The notes beneath the pieces were generated by a model that was not told where the DNA came from, searched no databases, and was given only the letters and a program-made list of their open reading frames with translations. From a virus (taxonomy: Duplodnaviria > Caudoviricetes): a stretch of DNA of 53,645 bases. This document shows, piece after piece, positions 53,158 through 53,645 of the stretch (the stretch's first letter is position 1; each line of letters starts with the position of its first letter). The position numbers and the translations under genes were made by a program. Location of the stretch: positions 1 through 53,645 of the IMG/VR virus record IMGVR_UViG_3300030419_006157; one strand, given 5' to 3'.

Positions 53158-53412
53158 TCAACTATTATTTTCGTTATTCTCTCTTATAATATCGGCAGCA
53201 TTATCGGGGCAAAGGCTCAATACTTTGTCATTCATTCCAAATCTGGATAAATCATAATCCCATTTGAGAGTTACTTCATCTCTATATTCTGAATCTGCAT
53301 CATATACCTCAAACTCCATCTCTTTATATGGGCCAGAGTTGTCTGTAAAATTTGTCCTTATGTCTTGGATGTAGCCGCCCTCAATCCATACCATGAATTT
53401 AAGATTCTTCAT
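53158..53412 (-). CDS. Small hypothetical protein
   Basis: 84-aa ORF with GGAGG SD. Confidence 0.7.
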   Translation of the reverse strand: MKNLKFMVWIEGGYIQDIRTNFTDNSGPYKEMEFEVYDADSEYRDEVTLKWDYDLSRFGMNDKVLSLCPDNAADIIRENNENNS

Positions 53413-53571
53413 TTAGCCCTCCAATTTCTTAAAGTTGTTTACTACAATGTCACAAGTATCTTCTAGTATGATTTGCCCTAGAACTGGGTCAATTCCACTC
53501 GCTGTGATAAAAGCGTCCATGTAAGCAATGAATTCCTCTTGGATTTGTTCTCTGACTTCTTCTTTAGTCAT
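53413..53571 (-). CDS. Small hypothetical protein (52 aa, not in ORF track)
   Basis: MTKEEVREQIQEE...FKKLEG with GGAGGA SD. Confidence 0.65.
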   Translation of the reverse strand: MTKEEVREQIQEEFIAYMDAFITASGIDPVLGQIILEDTCDIVVNNFKKLEG

Positions 53572-53645
53572 TTAGTCCTCCAATAAATAGTTTTTTGCTG
53601 ACTCAATTACTTTTTGATAATACTCATTATCTTCTGGCTCGAAAC

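Overview
A 53.6-kb segment of a large tailed dsDNA bacteriophage (Caudoviricetes). Lipoproteins and spanin-like genes suggest a diderm host; the taxon cannot be fixed from the sequence. Bases 1-38.7 kb are a mostly minus-strand late region. It holds tail tube and neck genes, LamG receptor-binding proteins, a 1986-aa collagen-like fibre, major capsid, protease/scaffold, a lysis-like membrane cassette, a tubulin/FtsZ-family GTPase, portal, large terminase, ERCC4 nuclease, a phage sigma factor and PhoH. Many of these genes have a GTGTAA element just upstream of the start codon. Glycosyl-, sulfo- and methyltransferase genes lie at 5.5-8.1 kb and 34.6-42.1 kb. At about 42.2 kb the sequence changes abruptly to an 8-kb plus-strand array of small genes, each with a sigma70 promoter, a near-leaderless start and often a terminator. 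This array is unusually dense in DNA signals: about 40 co-oriented TYGACCCTRA motifs, 15 co-oriented DnaA boxes, 13 TACG-YRYR-CGTA palindromes at 15-bp period, and gene-specific clusters of GATC, AAGCTT and CGCG/TCGA. It also encodes three unannotated paralogous membrane micropeptides. At 51.3-52.1 kb there is a promoter-driven cluster of structured non-coding RNA, including a 156-nt tRNA-like element. All motif counts were made by eye, and family assignments come from motif recognition, not database searches.
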